A stretch of DNA of 64,000 nt from Minisyncoccota bacterium (GCA_036405415.1 DASWXP010000002.1:208351-272350); one strand, 5' to 3'; numbered from the stretch's first letter, positions 26,380 to 36,303 are shown. Program-made: numbers and translations. The notes: generated from the sequence alone by a model not told the origin.

Positions 26380-28752
26380 ATGGCTAAACGGCTTCTTATC
26401 GTAGAGTCGCCTGCAAAGGCGCGCACCATCCAGCAATACCTCGGCAAGGAGTACGAGGTGCTTGCGTCCGTGGGTCACGTCCGCGACCTCCCGAAATCGA
26501 ATAAGGACGCCGTGGATATCGAGGATGGCTTCGTCCCGAAGTACGTGATATCCGCTGACAAGCGCGAGGTTATCGAGAAGATCGCGAAGGCCGCAGAGAA
26601 GGCCGAGGAGATATATCTTGCGACTGACCCCGACCGCGAAGGCGAGGCTATCGCCTGGCACGTGAAGGAAGCGGCGAAACTGAAGAAGCCGCAGCGCGTA
26701 GTCTTCCACGAAATCACAAAGGCTGCTGTCGAAGAAGCGCTCGCGCATCCGCGCGCAATCGACGAACACCTGCGCCGCGCGCAGGAAGCGCGCCGCGTGC
26801 TCGACCGCCTCGTGGGCTACGACCTCTCCGGCCTCATATGGAAGAAGGTGCGCTACGGGCTTTCCGCAGGACGCGTGCAGTCTCCCGCGCTCCGCATCCT
26901 CGCTGAGCGCGAGCGCGAGATCCAGGCGTTCGTGCCTGAGACGTACTACACGCTGGACGCCGTGTTCAAGGGGAAGAGCGAATTCCCTGCCGCGTGCGTC
27001 AAGGAGCCTACCGACCCGAAGGAAGCGGAACGCATCGTGAACGAAGGACGCGCTGCGTCCTGGACCGTTGCGGAAGTGAAGGAGCGCTCCGAAGAACGTC
27101 AGCCGCGCCCGCCGTTCACCACCTCAACCCTTCAGCAGGCAGCCTCAACCCGCCTCGGCTTCTCTCCTTCGCGCACCATGCGCGCCGCGCAGAAGCTATA
27201 CGAGGCCGGACACATCTCGTACATGCGTACCGACTCCGTGAATCTCGGAGCCGACGCCAAGGCGGCGCTCGCCCGCGCGGTGGAGGGTCAGTTCGGCAAG
27301 GATTATGTCGAGGTGCGCGCGTACCAGACTAAGAGCAAGAACGCGCAGGAAGCGCACGAAGCGGTGCGTCCTACGGACCCGAGCCGCGAGAATGCGGGCG
27401 CTACCGGCGACGAGCAGGCGCTCTATACCCTGATCCGCACCCGCGCTATGGCAAGCCAGATGGCATCCGCGAAACTTCAGCGCACGAGCGTGAAGGCGAA
27501 GGCAAACTGCGATATCCCGCTCTTCTCCGCTACGGGTTCCCGCGTCACGTTCCCAGGATGGCTTGCGCTTGATACGAGGGCGCGTGGCGAAGACGTCGAG
27601 CTTCCGAAACTCGTTGAAGGCGAACCGCTCACGCTCATCTCCCTCGGCTCTCTTGAGAAGCAGACCGAGCCGCCGAATCGCTACACCGAAGCGGGGCTCG
27701 TGAAGGAGCTCGAGAAGCGCGGCATCGGCCGCCCGTCTACCTACGCGTCCATCATGAAGACTATCCAGGACCGCGGCTACGTTGAGAAGACCGGACGCAC
27801 CCTCACCCCCACTGCTACCGGCATGGTCGTCTCCGGATGGCTCGAAGAGCATTTCGCGGACTACATATCTGATTCGTTCACGGCAGAGATGGAGGACGAA
27901 CTCGACGAGATCGCGCGCGGCGAGCGCGGGTACGAGGCAACCCTCTCCGAGTTCTACGGTCCGTTCTCGAAGGCCGTGAAGGCCAAGGATTCGCTCCCGA
28001 AAGCTACCTCACTCGGCGCGGTTCCTGAAGAATTTACCTGCCCGCTCTGCGGAAGCCCCATGGAGTTCAAGCTCGGACGCGGCGGCGTATTCATGAGCTG
28101 CACCCGCTACCCGGAATGCGAAGGCGCGCGCCAGGAGGACGGGACGGAACTCAAGGGCGACGAGCCTATCGGGAACGATCCTGCTACCGGCGCCCCTATC
28201 TTCGTTAAGACCGGACGCTACGGCCCGTACGTAGAGATGGAGCTTCCTGAAGAGGAGAAGCCGGTTGAGCTCACGAAGGCCGGGAAGCCGAAGAAAAGCC
28301 GCGGACGCCCGAAGAAGGCACTCAAGCGCGCAAGCATCCCGCCTGGTACCGACCTCTCGTCAGTGACGCTCGCCGACGCGCTCCACTACCTCTCGCTGCC
28401 GCGCGAGCTCGGGAACCATCCCTCGACCGGAAAGCCGGTTATGGCGAATGTGGGCCGCTTCGGTCCGTACGTGGGACACGACGGCGAGTTCCGTTCACTC
28501 AAGGGCGCGGACGATCCGTACACGATCACGCTTGATCGCGCAGTAGAGATCCTCGCGGAACCGAAGCGTCCGCCGAAGGGTGTCGACATCGTGCGGGAGG
28601 TCGGCAAGCACCCGAAGACCGGAAAGTCGATCGTGCTGTACAAGTCGAAAGCCGGGCTCTTCTTGAAGAAAGGCCTCCGCCGCATCTATCTCCCTGAAAG
28701 CCAAGATGCGGACAAGCTCTCACCCGAAGAGGCATCAGAATACTTAAAATAG
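26380..28752 (+). CDS. topA: DNA topoisomerase I
   Basis: Toprim 'LLIVESPAKARTIQQYLG', active-site Tyr region 'GHISYMRTDS', and C-terminal Zn ribbons 'CPLCGSPMEF'. Confidence 0.9.
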   Translation: MAKRLLIVESPAKARTIQQYLGKEYEVLASVGHVRDLPKSNKDAVDIEDGFVPKYVISADKREVIEKIAKAAEKAEEIYLATDPDREGEAIAWHVKEAAKLKKPQRVVFHEITKAAVEEALAHPRAIDEHLRRAQEARRVLDRLVGYDLSGLIWKKVRYGLSAGRVQSPALRILAEREREIQAFVPETYYTLDAVFKGKSEFPAACVKEPTDPKEAERIVNEGRAASWTVAEVKERSEERQPRPPFTTSTLQQAASTRLGFSPSRTMRAAQKLYEAGHISYMRTDSVNLGADAKAALARAVEGQFGKDYVEVRAYQTKSKNAQEAHEAVRPTDPSRENAGATGDEQALYTLIRTRAMASQMASAKLQRTSVKAKANCDIPLFSATGSRVTFPGWLALDTRARGEDVELPKLVEGEPLTLISLGSLEKQTEPPNRYTEAGLVKELEKRGIGRPSTYASIMKTIQDRGYVEKTGRTLTPTATGMVVSGWLEEHFADYISDSFTAEMEDELDEIARGERGYEATLSEFYGPFSKAVKAKDSLPKATSLGAVPEEFTCPLCGSPMEFKLGRGGVFMSCTRYPECEGARQEDGTELKGDEPIGNDPATGAPIFVKTGRYGPYVEMELPEEEKPVELTKAGKPKKSRGRPKKALKRASIPPGTDLSSVTLADALHYLSLPRELGNHPSTGKPVMANVGRFGPYVGHDGEFRSLKGADDPYTITLDRAVEILAEPKRPPKGVDIVREVGKHPKTGKSIVLYKSKAGLFLKKGLRRIYLPESQDADKLSPEEASEYLK

Positions 28753-28755
28753 AGA

Positions 28756-28784
28756 GCGGCCCCGGAATCGGGGCCGCTTCTGTA
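28756..28784 (+). terminator. rho-independent terminator after topA (GCGGCCCCGGAATCGGGGCCGC+TTCTGT)
   Basis: 9-bp GC stem immediately after the topA stop. Confidence 0.5.
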
Positions 28785-28991
28785 CGCGTTACGCGCAGAG
28801 TCGTTCAGGAGCTGCAGGAACACCGGCAGGTTGCCGGGGCTTGAGCTCGAGCGGATGCTGGCAGCGGTCGGTATTGATTGAACGACCGCGCCTATGAAAA
28901 ACCCTGCAGAAAGGACACGGGGATACAAAAGGCAGTACCATCTACTTGCTCCCTCCGTTGCGTGAATCTCATCAAACAGTATCCTTACGTT

Positions 28992-30584
28992 ATGACCACC
29001 GTCAAGGAAATCCTAGCGCAGACGAGCGGTCTCTCGCCTGAGGACGAGGCGCTCGTAGAAAAGGCATACGCTTTCGCGGAGAACGCGCACAAGGACCACA
29101 AGCGGTATTCAGGAGAGCCCTACTTCACGCACCCGGCCGCAGTAGCCAAGCAGCTTGCCGAGTTCGGCATGGACGCGCCCACCATCGCCGCAGCCTTGCT
29201 CCATGACTCTATCGAAGACGTAGGCGTCACCCCGGAAGAGATAGACCGGGAATTCGGCCCCGAGGTCCTTTTCCTCGTCGAAGGCGTCACCAAGCTCGGA
29301 AAGCATAAGTATCAGGGCGGAGAGCGCCACGCAGAGAGCCTGAGACGCCTTCTGGTTGCGACCGCGAGCGACGTGCGCGTGCTCATCGTGAAGCTCGCGG
29401 ACCGGCATCACAACATGACCACCCTCGTGCATGTGCCTGAGGAGAAGCGGCGACGCATCGCGCTCGAGACCTTGGAGATCTACGCGCCGATCGCAGACCG
29501 GCTTGGAATGGGAGCGCTCAAGAAGGAGCTCGAGGACCTCGCGTTCCCTGCCATAGACCCGGACGCGCACCAGCACGCGATCGAAGTCCGCAAGCTCAAG
29601 AATAAGGAGACCGAGCAGGGACTCGCGCGCGCCCAGAAGAACCTCCAGCACGCGCTCGTGAAGAAGGGACTCACCGACTTTTCCACGTCTGTCCGTATGA
29701 AGGGGCTTTGGAGCCTCCACCAGAAACTGAAGCGCAAAGGCGACGACATCACGCGCATCTATGACATCGCGGCGCTCCGCGTAATCGTACCGACCGTAGA
29801 CGACTGCTACACCGCACTTGGCGTGATTCATGCGCTCTGGAAGCCGCTTCCGGGCGAGTTCAAGGACTACATCTCCTTCCCGAAACCGAACGGCTACCAG
29901 TCCCTCCATACCACGGTCATGACAGGCGAGGCTGGAATCGTTGAGATGCAGGTACGCACCCGCGACATGCATCAGCGCGCGCAGTTCGGTATCGCGTCCC
30001 ATATGTCATACAAGTCGCTCGAGAAGAGCGCCGGCAAGCGCGCCTTCCAGCGGCTCTCCTTCCCGTGGATCAGGGATCTCGTGCCGGCGCTCCTCAACAT
30101 GAAGAAGATCGCTCCACAGAACCATGACGCGCCTGACGTGCCGCGCTGGCTCACGGACCTCAAGGAGGCGCATGCCGAAGCGACCGAGACCGACGAGTTC
30201 GTAGAGGGGCTCAAGTCAGACTTCTTCTCGCACCGCATCTTCGTGTTCACCCCGAACGGCGACGTCATCGACCTCCCTACCGAATCCACGCCGATAGATT
30301 TCGCCTATGCCATCCACAGCGACCTCGGAGACCATATGCAGGGCGCGAAAGTGAACGGGAAGCTGGTATCCTTCGACACGAAGCTCAGGAACGGCGACGT
30401 CATCGAGGTATTGAAATCGAAGTCTGCGCACCCAACCGCAAAATGGCTCGACTACGCGCGCACGAGCATGGCACGCCGCCATATCCGGAACGCGCTCGAC
30501 ATCGAGGCCCGCGGCAGGCCGCATGCGGAGAGCGTAAAGCCAAAGCGCTCCCCGAAGGAGCGCAAGCAGAAGAAGGTGAAGTAG
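28992..30584 (+). CDS. rel: bifunctional (p)ppGpp synthetase/hydrolase, RelA/SpoT family (HD + RelA_SpoT + TGS)
   Basis: HD motif 'HDSIEDV', 'RHHNMTTL', synthetase region 'YDIAALRVIV', and a C-terminal TGS domain. Confidence 0.85.
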   Translation: MTTVKEILAQTSGLSPEDEALVEKAYAFAENAHKDHKRYSGEPYFTHPAAVAKQLAEFGMDAPTIAAALLHDSIEDVGVTPEEIDREFGPEVLFLVEGVTKLGKHKYQGGERHAESLRRLLVATASDVRVLIVKLADRHHNMTTLVHVPEEKRRRIALETLEIYAPIADRLGMGALKKELEDLAFPAIDPDAHQHAIEVRKLKNKETEQGLARAQKNLQHALVKKGLTDFSTSVRMKGLWSLHQKLKRKGDDITRIYDIAALRVIVPTVDDCYTALGVIHALWKPLPGEFKDYISFPKPNGYQSLHTTVMTGEAGIVEMQVRTRDMHQRAQFGIASHMSYKSLEKSAGKRAFQRLSFPWIRDLVPALLNMKKIAPQNHDAPDVPRWLTDLKEAHAEATETDEFVEGLKSDFFSHRIFVFTPNGDVIDLPTESTPIDFAYAIHSDLGDHMQGAKVNGKLVSFDTKLRNGDVIEVLKSKSAHPTAKWLDYARTSMARRHIRNALDIEARGRPHAESVKPKRSPKERKQKKVK

Positions 30585-31607
30585 TTAGACCGTGAAGTTG
30601 CGGACCGAATAGAGATCCTCTTCGGGCTGCTGCGGAGGCTGCGGATTCTCCGCAGCGCTCGGAAGTATCGGCGCCTCTTCAACCGGCTCCGCTGGCGTCG
30701 GTTCTGTAGGATCCGCGATTGGCTGCTCTGCTTCAGCGAGAAGTGCCGCTTCGCGGGTCGCGAGCATCGCGGCGATATGCGAGAGGTCGTCCGGCGAGAA
30801 GAACTCGATCAAGAGACGTCCGCCGTTCGGACGATTCTCGATGAGGACGCGCGTTCCGAGCGTCTCCGTGAGGGACTTCTCAAGCGCCATCATCTCCGGC
30901 GTCTTGTCGTGCTTCCTGATCTTGTCCTGCGCGAGGCGGCGCGCCATCTGCTCAACCATGCGCACCGACGTCTTCTTGAGGACGATCTCCTTGAACAAGG
31001 TGTCCCGCTCTTCCGGCTTGTCGTTGAGCATGAGAAGCGCACGCGCGTGACCTTCGGAAAGCTCCTTGCCTACGACCGCCTGCTGGATGGCTTCCGGAAG
31101 GAGGAGGAGGCGGATGGAATTGGATACGTACTCGCGCGAGCGCCCGATCTTTGCGCCTACTTCCGCATGCGAGAGTCCGAAGGTCTCGACGAGCTGCGCG
31201 AGCGCCTTTGCGCGATCGATAGCGTTGAGATCCTCGCGCTGAAGGTTCTCGATGATGGCGAGCTCGAGCTTCATCTTGTCGCTCTGCTCGCCTGCACGGA
31301 TCACCACCGGCACCTCCTTGAGGCCAGCGAGCTTGGATGCGCGCAGACGGCGCTCTCCGGCGATAAGCTCGTACGCGGACTGGATGCCGCCGTCTGATTT
31401 CTCCACTTCCTTCCTCGTAACCACGAGTGGCTGGAGCACCCCGTACTGCCGAATGGATTCCGCGAGCGCCTTCAAGCGCTCCTCGTCGAACTCGAGGCGC
31501 GGCTGGTACGGGTTCGGCTCGATGCGATCAACCGCCACCCAGAAGATGGAGTCGTACTTCGTAGGCTCCGCGAACTTCTGCGGAGGATTCTGAGGATTCC
31601 CAAACAT
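30585..31607 (-). CDS. parB: chromosome partitioning protein ParB/Spo0J
   Basis: 'GVLQPLVVT', 'YELIAGERRLRASKLAGL' and an HTH region. Start set at MFGNPQ (31607) because the longer ORF would overlap the tRNA-Leu. Confidence 0.8.
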   Translation of the reverse strand: MFGNPQNPPQKFAEPTKYDSIFWVAVDRIEPNPYQPRLEFDEERLKALAESIRQYGVLQPLVVTRKEVEKSDGGIQSAYELIAGERRLRASKLAGLKEVPVVIRAGEQSDKMKLELAIIENLQREDLNAIDRAKALAQLVETFGLSHAEVGAKIGRSREYVSNSIRLLLLPEAIQQAVVGKELSEGHARALLMLNDKPEERDTLFKEIVLKKTSVRMVEQMARRLAQDKIRKHDKTPEMMALEKSLTETLGTRVLIENRPNGGRLLIEFFSPDDLSHIAAMLATREAALLAEAEQPIADPTEPTPAEPVEEAPILPSAAENPQPPQQPEEDLYSVRNFTV

Positions 31608-31754
31608 AGAGGCATTGTAGCATCGCCGCTTAACTTTGCAGGAGGCCATCCTGTGCAGTACGATACGCGAGTGTTGATACGTCGACACGCACACGCGCTC
31701 GTACGCGAGCGCGCTTCGTTCGGACAGGAGAGGCGCCTCTCTTTGTCCGGGCAT

Positions 31755-31836
31755 GCCGGGGTGGCGGAGTTGGTATACGCGGCGGATTCAAAACCCGCTT
31801 CCTTACGGATCGAGGGTTCGAGCCCCTCCCCCGGCA
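31755..31836 (+). tRNA. tRNA-Leu (anticodon CAA, long variable arm)
   Basis: Acceptor GCCGGGG/CCCCGGC, anticodon loop UUCAAAA, long variable arm, T-loop GGTTCGAGCCC; no CCA is encoded. Confidence 0.75.
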
Positions 31837-31881
31837 CAAAATTCTGTGGTACAGTGCGCCTGTTCGTAACAAGGGGGCGTT

Positions 31882-32049
31882 ATGCCGAATATTCCGCATC
31901 CGGAACTTCTGGTATTGACCATCGCAGCGCTGATGGTCGTTCTTTTTCTCTTCTTGAACAGGAAGGCGTTCTCGGGACCTAACCGGCTCGCCTCCTGCAC
32001 CAAGGAGCGCCTCGCGCAGATCCGGGCTTCCCGGACCGCGCAGGCCTAG
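31882..32049 (+). CDS. candidate small membrane protein (55 aa)
   Basis: AAGGGGG RBS 5 nt upstream; single TM helix 'LLVLTIAALMVVLFLFL'; a strong hairpin terminator follows. Confidence 0.3.
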   Translation: MPNIPHPELLVLTIAALMVVLFLFLNRKAFSGPNRLASCTKERLAQIRASRTAQA

Positions 32050-32063
32050 TTCGCAGAATGCGG

Positions 32064-32102
32064 AAAACCGCCCGGAACCACGCATGGTTCCGGGCGGTTG
32101 TT
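32064..32102. terminator. bidirectional hairpin terminator AAAACCGCCCGGAACC-ACGCAT-GGTTCCGGGCGGTTGTT
   Basis: 16-bp stem between the small ORF (+) and the peroxiredoxin gene (-). Confidence 0.55.
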
Positions 32103-32112
32103 GCGTCAGCCC

Positions 32113-32802
32113 CTAGATCTTGCCCACCAGATCCATCCCCGGCTCAAGCGTATCGTCTCCAGGCTCCCAGGATGCCGGGCATACCTGGCCCGCATGACTC
32201 TCCACGTACTGCGCGGCCTGGAGCTTGCGGAAGGTCTCCTTTGCCGCGCGGCCGATAGAGTTGTCATTCACCTCCATGGAGCGGAGCGTGCCCGAGGGGT
32301 CGATGATGAAGGTGCCGCGCAGCGCGAGACCCTCGTCAGGCGTGAGCTGGAGGTCGCCGCCCTCGATAAGCACGCCGAACGCGTCAGCGATCTTCCCGGT
32401 CGGATCAGCACCCATAGGGAACTCGATCTTCTTGATCGCAGGAGACGTATCGTGCCACGCCTTGTGCACGAACACGGTGTCGGTCGAGAAGGACACAACC
32501 TCTGCATTCACCGCCTGGAGCTTCGGGTAGAGAGCTGCCATCTCCTCGAGCTCGGTCGGGCACACGAACGTGAAGTCCGCCGGATAGAACATCATCACGA
32601 GCCACTTACCCCGGAAATCCGAGAGCTTCATGGGACGCATATCGCCCTTGTAGTACGCCTCGAACTCGTAGTCAGGAATCGTCTCACCTACGCGAACGCT
32701 GGTGCGGTATTCGCGATACGGATCATGGAAGTCGCCGCACTCGCTGCAATAGTTGCTTTTCTGTTCCTTATGCATAGTCCTATGGTCGTTTAGTAGGGGC
32801 AT
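32113..32802 (-). CDS. peroxiredoxin (AhpC/Tsa 2-Cys family) with short N-terminal Cys-containing extension
   Basis: 'FTFVCPTE' peroxidatic Cys motif and the resolving Cys region 'GQVCPASW'. Confidence 0.85.
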   Translation of the reverse strand: MPLLNDHRTMHKEQKSNYCSECGDFHDPYREYRTSVRVGETIPDYEFEAYYKGDMRPMKLSDFRGKWLVMMFYPADFTFVCPTELEEMAALYPKLQAVNAEVVSFSTDTVFVHKAWHDTSPAIKKIEFPMGADPTGKIADAFGVLIEGGDLQLTPDEGLALRGTFIIDPSGTLRSMEVNDNSIGRAAKETFRKLQAAQYVESHAGQVCPASWEPGDDTLEPGMDLVGKI

Positions 32803-32811
32803 GATACCATT

Positions 32812-33663
32812 TTGCCCACCATGAGTACTTCCGGGGACCCTTCCCCCATCATCTGCATCGCAGGCCCTACCGCGTCCGGGAAATCAAGGCGCGCCGTAGA
32901 GCTCGCCAAGGAACGGGACGGCGAGGTCATCTCCGTGGACTCGCGCCAGGTGTACCGGATGCTCGATATCGGTACGGAGAAGACCAGTAAAGAAGAGATG
33001 GATGGCATCCCGCACCACCTGATCGACATCATTGACCCCAAGGACACCTACAGCGCCGGTGATTTCGTGCGAGACGCGTCTCGGCTGATCGAGGAGATCC
33101 GGTCCCGCGGCAAGCAGCCAATCCTCGCTGGCGGAACCCATTTCTATTTCGATGCGCTCATATACGGACTGCCGGAAACCGCTCCTCAGAACCCAACATT
33201 GCGCGATGCGCTCGAGACGCGCTCCTGCGACTCGCTTATGGACGAACTGAGGACGCGAGATCCGCGACGCGCAGAACGTATCGATCCGAACAATAAGCGC
33301 CGCCTCATGCGCGCGCTTGAAATACTCGAGTCCCACGGACATGTCCCTGAACGCACTCTAGGGACGCCGAAGTATGAGATTGAATGGGTGCTCCTGAATC
33401 CTGAACGCGACGAGCTTAGAGCGCGCATTGCTGCGCGCCTCGAGAAGGCGCTTGAGAGCGGACTCATCGAGGAGACGAGACGCGTACGCGCATATGTAGG
33501 CGATACGCGCCTCAACGAGCTCGGGCTCGAATACAGGATCGTAGGCGAATACCTGCGCGAGGAACGCAGCGAGGAATCCCTTTTACCGTCCCTTTCTACC
33601 AAGGTCTGGCACTATGCGAGGCATCAGAAGGCATGGCTTCGTAAGATAGCCCAGGATTCCTAG
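32812..33663 (+). CDS. miaA: tRNA dimethylallyltransferase
   Basis: P-loop 'IAGPTASGKS' and 'DSRQVYR..DIGT'. Confidence 0.85.
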   Translation: MPTMSTSGDPSPIICIAGPTASGKSRRAVELAKERDGEVISVDSRQVYRMLDIGTEKTSKEEMDGIPHHLIDIIDPKDTYSAGDFVRDASRLIEEIRSRGKQPILAGGTHFYFDALIYGLPETAPQNPTLRDALETRSCDSLMDELRTRDPRRAERIDPNNKRRLMRALEILESHGHVPERTLGTPKYEIEWVLLNPERDELRARIAARLEKALESGLIEETRRVRAYVGDTRLNELGLEYRIVGEYLREERSEESLLPSLSTKVWHYARHQKAWLRKIAQDS

Positions 33664-34559
33664 CGTCCGCTTGGCGACCAGTGGACCGGATCGTCACGCA
33701 GCGTATTCCTAAAATTCCAGCGGTGGCCGTTATTCTTAAGCCAGTTGTACGTGCGCGTGTTACAGCTGCTGTTTCCGTTGCTGCACCCGACGTCAATATC
33801 TACCGCTTCGCCCGAATTATGGTTCGAGCCGTTGCCGCCGAGCGAGCATGGGCGCGCGACCGCGCCGATCTCGCTGCGCCTATTCCAGAGAGATACCTGG
33901 CTCGCTTCGGATCGGTAGGCACTCGTTACCTTGAGATCTATATTGTCTCTGGCTGCCGCTGCGCGCATCGCCATGAAATTGGTGACGGTCGCCTGCGTAG
34001 CTTTACCTGATCCACCAGCCACTGCAGCTGCCGGGAACGCAACCATAGTGGACTCATCCGCCGCAGGGCAGTTCGCGCCGGTACCCGTGACTACACGGTC
34101 ATCGACCTCGGCTCCCGGCGTCGCCGTTATGTTTCCGTCGAACAACGACTTGTTGTCCTTTGACTCGATGCATGAGGGACCTGACCCGTTAAGCAGGATC
34201 GTATTCCACGGACCGAACTGTCCTCCGTACAGCGTCTTCATCACGAAGTCCACAATGAGCCACGCGGAGAGGGTTATGAGAAGGCCCACGACGGCATTGA
34301 TGAGCATCTTGTTCGCGGTGCCGCGGTTCTCAGGATTCGTCGGCGACAGAACGTACAGGATGCCTCCCCACACGAGGATGATGGTCGCGAAGATGATCGC
34401 GATACCGATCGCGAAGTTCACTAAATTCTGAATGATGGCGAGCACCCCGCCGAATCCGCACGGACACTGGCGGCAGGCTTCCGGAACGATAGGACCGAAC
34501 TGCGCTTGCGCAGAAAGCGGCAGCAAGGCAAGAGCGATGAATAGCGCGGCGCGGGTCAT
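33660..34559 (-). CDS. secreted pilin-like (VirB2/TrbC-type 2-TM) N-terminal module fused to peptidase M15 (VanY/D-Ala-D-Ala carboxypeptidase-like) domain
   Basis: Signal peptide plus a two-TM module 'VLSPTNPENRGTANKMLINAVVGLLITLSAWLIVDFVMK'. The C-terminus has 'SAYRS', 'HNSGEAVDIDV' and 'DDPVHW', which form the M15 zinc-ligand pattern. Confidence 0.6.
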   Translation of the reverse strand: MTRAALFIALALLPLSAQAQFGPIVPEACRQCPCGFGGVLAIIQNLVNFAIGIAIIFATIILVWGGILYVLSPTNPENRGTANKMLINAVVGLLITLSAWLIVDFVMKTLYGGQFGPWNTILLNGSGPSCIESKDNKSLFDGNITATPGAEVDDRVVTGTGANCPAADESTMVAFPAAAVAGGSGKATQATVTNFMAMRAAAARDNIDLKVTSAYRSEASQVSLWNRRSEIGAVARPCSLGGNGSNHNSGEAVDIDVGCSNGNSSCNTRTYNWLKNNGHRWNFRNTLRDDPVHWSPSGR

Positions 34560-35107
34560 GGAAGTTCTACGGCGCCTTCACAGGAAGCGAACTCAAGATC
34601 GTAGTCAGGAGGATAGAGATCGTTCACGCCGGGACCTGCCACGACATTCGCATCGAGCTTGCAAAGGTCTGAGCGGGATATCTGCAATCTTTCAAGGAGC
34701 GCTTGTGCTGCCGCTTCGCGCGTCTCGCCGAGAGGTTCCGCCAGCAGCGTCACGAGGAACTCTCCTTGGGGCGAGTCCTGATCCGGCTCGATATACGTGA
34801 TGAGATAGGAATCCATCGGGCTTCCGGCAACCTGATACTCCTGCTGGCTTACCCAATCAGGCTGCGGAACGGCACTGAAGTCAGGGACACTGACCGTAGT
34901 GCCGTCGCTAAGCGCAAGGCTCCGCTCGCCACTCGCGATAGTGCCTGAGCCTATGCCGAGAAAAGGATTCTGACCTCCCGGCTGCTGAGACACTTCAGGA
35001 GACGCGTCTTTTGGAACGAGCACAACGTAGAGAATGCCGACCGCAAGCACCAGCAGGAGCAGGCCAGCTAGTATCATCCCTATTCCGAAGATTCTTGAGG
35101 AGTGCAT
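34556..35107 (-). CDS. membrane-anchored hypothetical protein between the two PG-hydrolase fusions
   Basis: N-terminal TM helix 'IFGIGMILAGLLLLVLAVGILYVVL'. Start set at MHSSRIF to avoid overlapping the upstream gene. Confidence 0.4.
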   Translation of the reverse strand: MHSSRIFGIGMILAGLLLLVLAVGILYVVLVPKDASPEVSQQPGGQNPFLGIGSGTIASGERSLALSDGTTVSVPDFSAVPQPDWVSQQEYQVAGSPMDSYLITYIEPDQDSPQGEFLVTLLAEPLGETREAAAQALLERLQISRSDLCKLDANVVAGPGVNDLYPPDYDLEFASCEGAVELP

Positions 35108-35126
35108 AGACGTATCGTACCACTTG

Positions 35127-36155
35127 CTATCGACCGAACTGGCAGCTCGGGTGGTCGACGCGCCGAGCATTCGGCACGCCGCAGCGCTGCGCGGAGCAGG
35201 CCCAGGCGCTCAGGTTAGAGGTATACAGGTTCTGCGCGGCGCGCGTATTCTTCGCCGGATTGAGCGCCGCGGCCGTACAACGATCGAAAAGTTCCTGATT
35301 CGTCACCCGCTGACTGCACCAGCCGACGCGACCCTGGTTGCGGATAGCATCTCCCGAGCACGGTCCGCTGAACGCAGCGCGGCAATCCATGCCCCAGCCA
35401 GCAGCCTCGGTGTCCGTAGTGGTGAGATTGATCTGCCACAGGCCCCAAGAATAGCTCGGTCCCCTGCCGCTATTGAGCTTGTCGGAACCGCTCGGCACCG
35501 AACGGCCGCCGCTCTCTTTGTTGCAGACGCGGGAGGCGTGCTCTCCGAGCGCTTCGAAGCGGGTGCCGCGCAGGCTCGCGAGGCTGCAAGGATGATTATC
35601 AATGACCGGCACGGAGCACTGGCCGCCGCCGGCCCTGCCGCCGCCCGGAAGCTGCATCGGGGTCCCCACGATGGTTCCCGAGAAGAGCGGCGTCGAGCTG
35701 GCTGCTACGACGCAGTAATCTCCGCCGGTTATGATCTCGTTCCATGGACCGAACCCGCCATTATCGTTGTAAAGAAGCTTCATCACGAAATCGACGATGA
35801 GCCACGCGGAGAGGATTATGAGGAGCCCTATCACGGCATTCGTGAGCACCTTCTTCGCCTGGGAATGATTCTCCGGATTCGTCGGCGTAAGGATCCAGAG
35901 CATGCCTGCGAACGCGATGATGAGCACGAAGATAACTATGCCAAAAGATATCGCGGCATTCATGCCGTTCTGAATGAGCTGCAGGAATCCTGCGAATCCG
36001 AGCGGAGCGCCTACGGGACAATCAGGATCAAGCTCATGCGCTTCAGGCACGAGCTGCCATTCCGGATCGAAGAGCGGCAGATTGGACTGCGCGCTTGCGA
36101 GCGCAGGTACGAGTAGAAGGAACGCGATAAGGAACGGAGCCCAGAGCCGCTTCAT
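35127..36155 (-). CDS. secreted pilin-like N-terminal module fused to lytic transglycosylase (SLT/GH23-like) domain
   Basis: The N-terminal module is nearly identical to that of 33660-34559 ('ILTPTNPENHSQAKKVLTNAVIGLLIILSAWLIVDFVMK'). The C-terminus has 'NKESGG...SYSWGLWQIN...AAQNLY', which is the ES...GLMQ...Y pattern of SLT. Confidence 0.6.
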   Translation of the reverse strand: MKRLWAPFLIAFLLLVPALASAQSNLPLFDPEWQLVPEAHELDPDCPVGAPLGFAGFLQLIQNGMNAAISFGIVIFVLIIAFAGMLWILTPTNPENHSQAKKVLTNAVIGLLIILSAWLIVDFVMKLLYNDNGGFGPWNEIITGGDYCVVAASSTPLFSGTIVGTPMQLPGGGRAGGGQCSVPVIDNHPCSLASLRGTRFEALGEHASRVCNKESGGRSVPSGSDKLNSGRGPSYSWGLWQINLTTTDTEAAGWGMDCRAAFSGPCSGDAIRNQGRVGWCSQRVTNQELFDRCTAAALNPAKNTRAAQNLYTSNLSAWACSAQRCGVPNARRVDHPSCQFGR

Positions 36156-36232
36156 ACGTGCATTCTATCTTGGAGAATCACTCAAACATCATCCTTTTCC
36201 CCGACACGAGAATCTGCTATCGTGCGCGTACA

Positions 36233-36303
36233 GGGTCCATAGTTTAGTGGTAGAACATCGGTCTCCAAAACCGATAGTGTAGGTTCGATTCCTACTGGGC
36301 CCG
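36233..36303 (+). tRNA. tRNA-Trp (anticodon CCA)
   Basis: Acceptor GGGTCCA/TGGGCCC with one G-U pair, anticodon loop CUCCAAA, T-loop GGTTCGATTCC. Confidence 0.8.
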
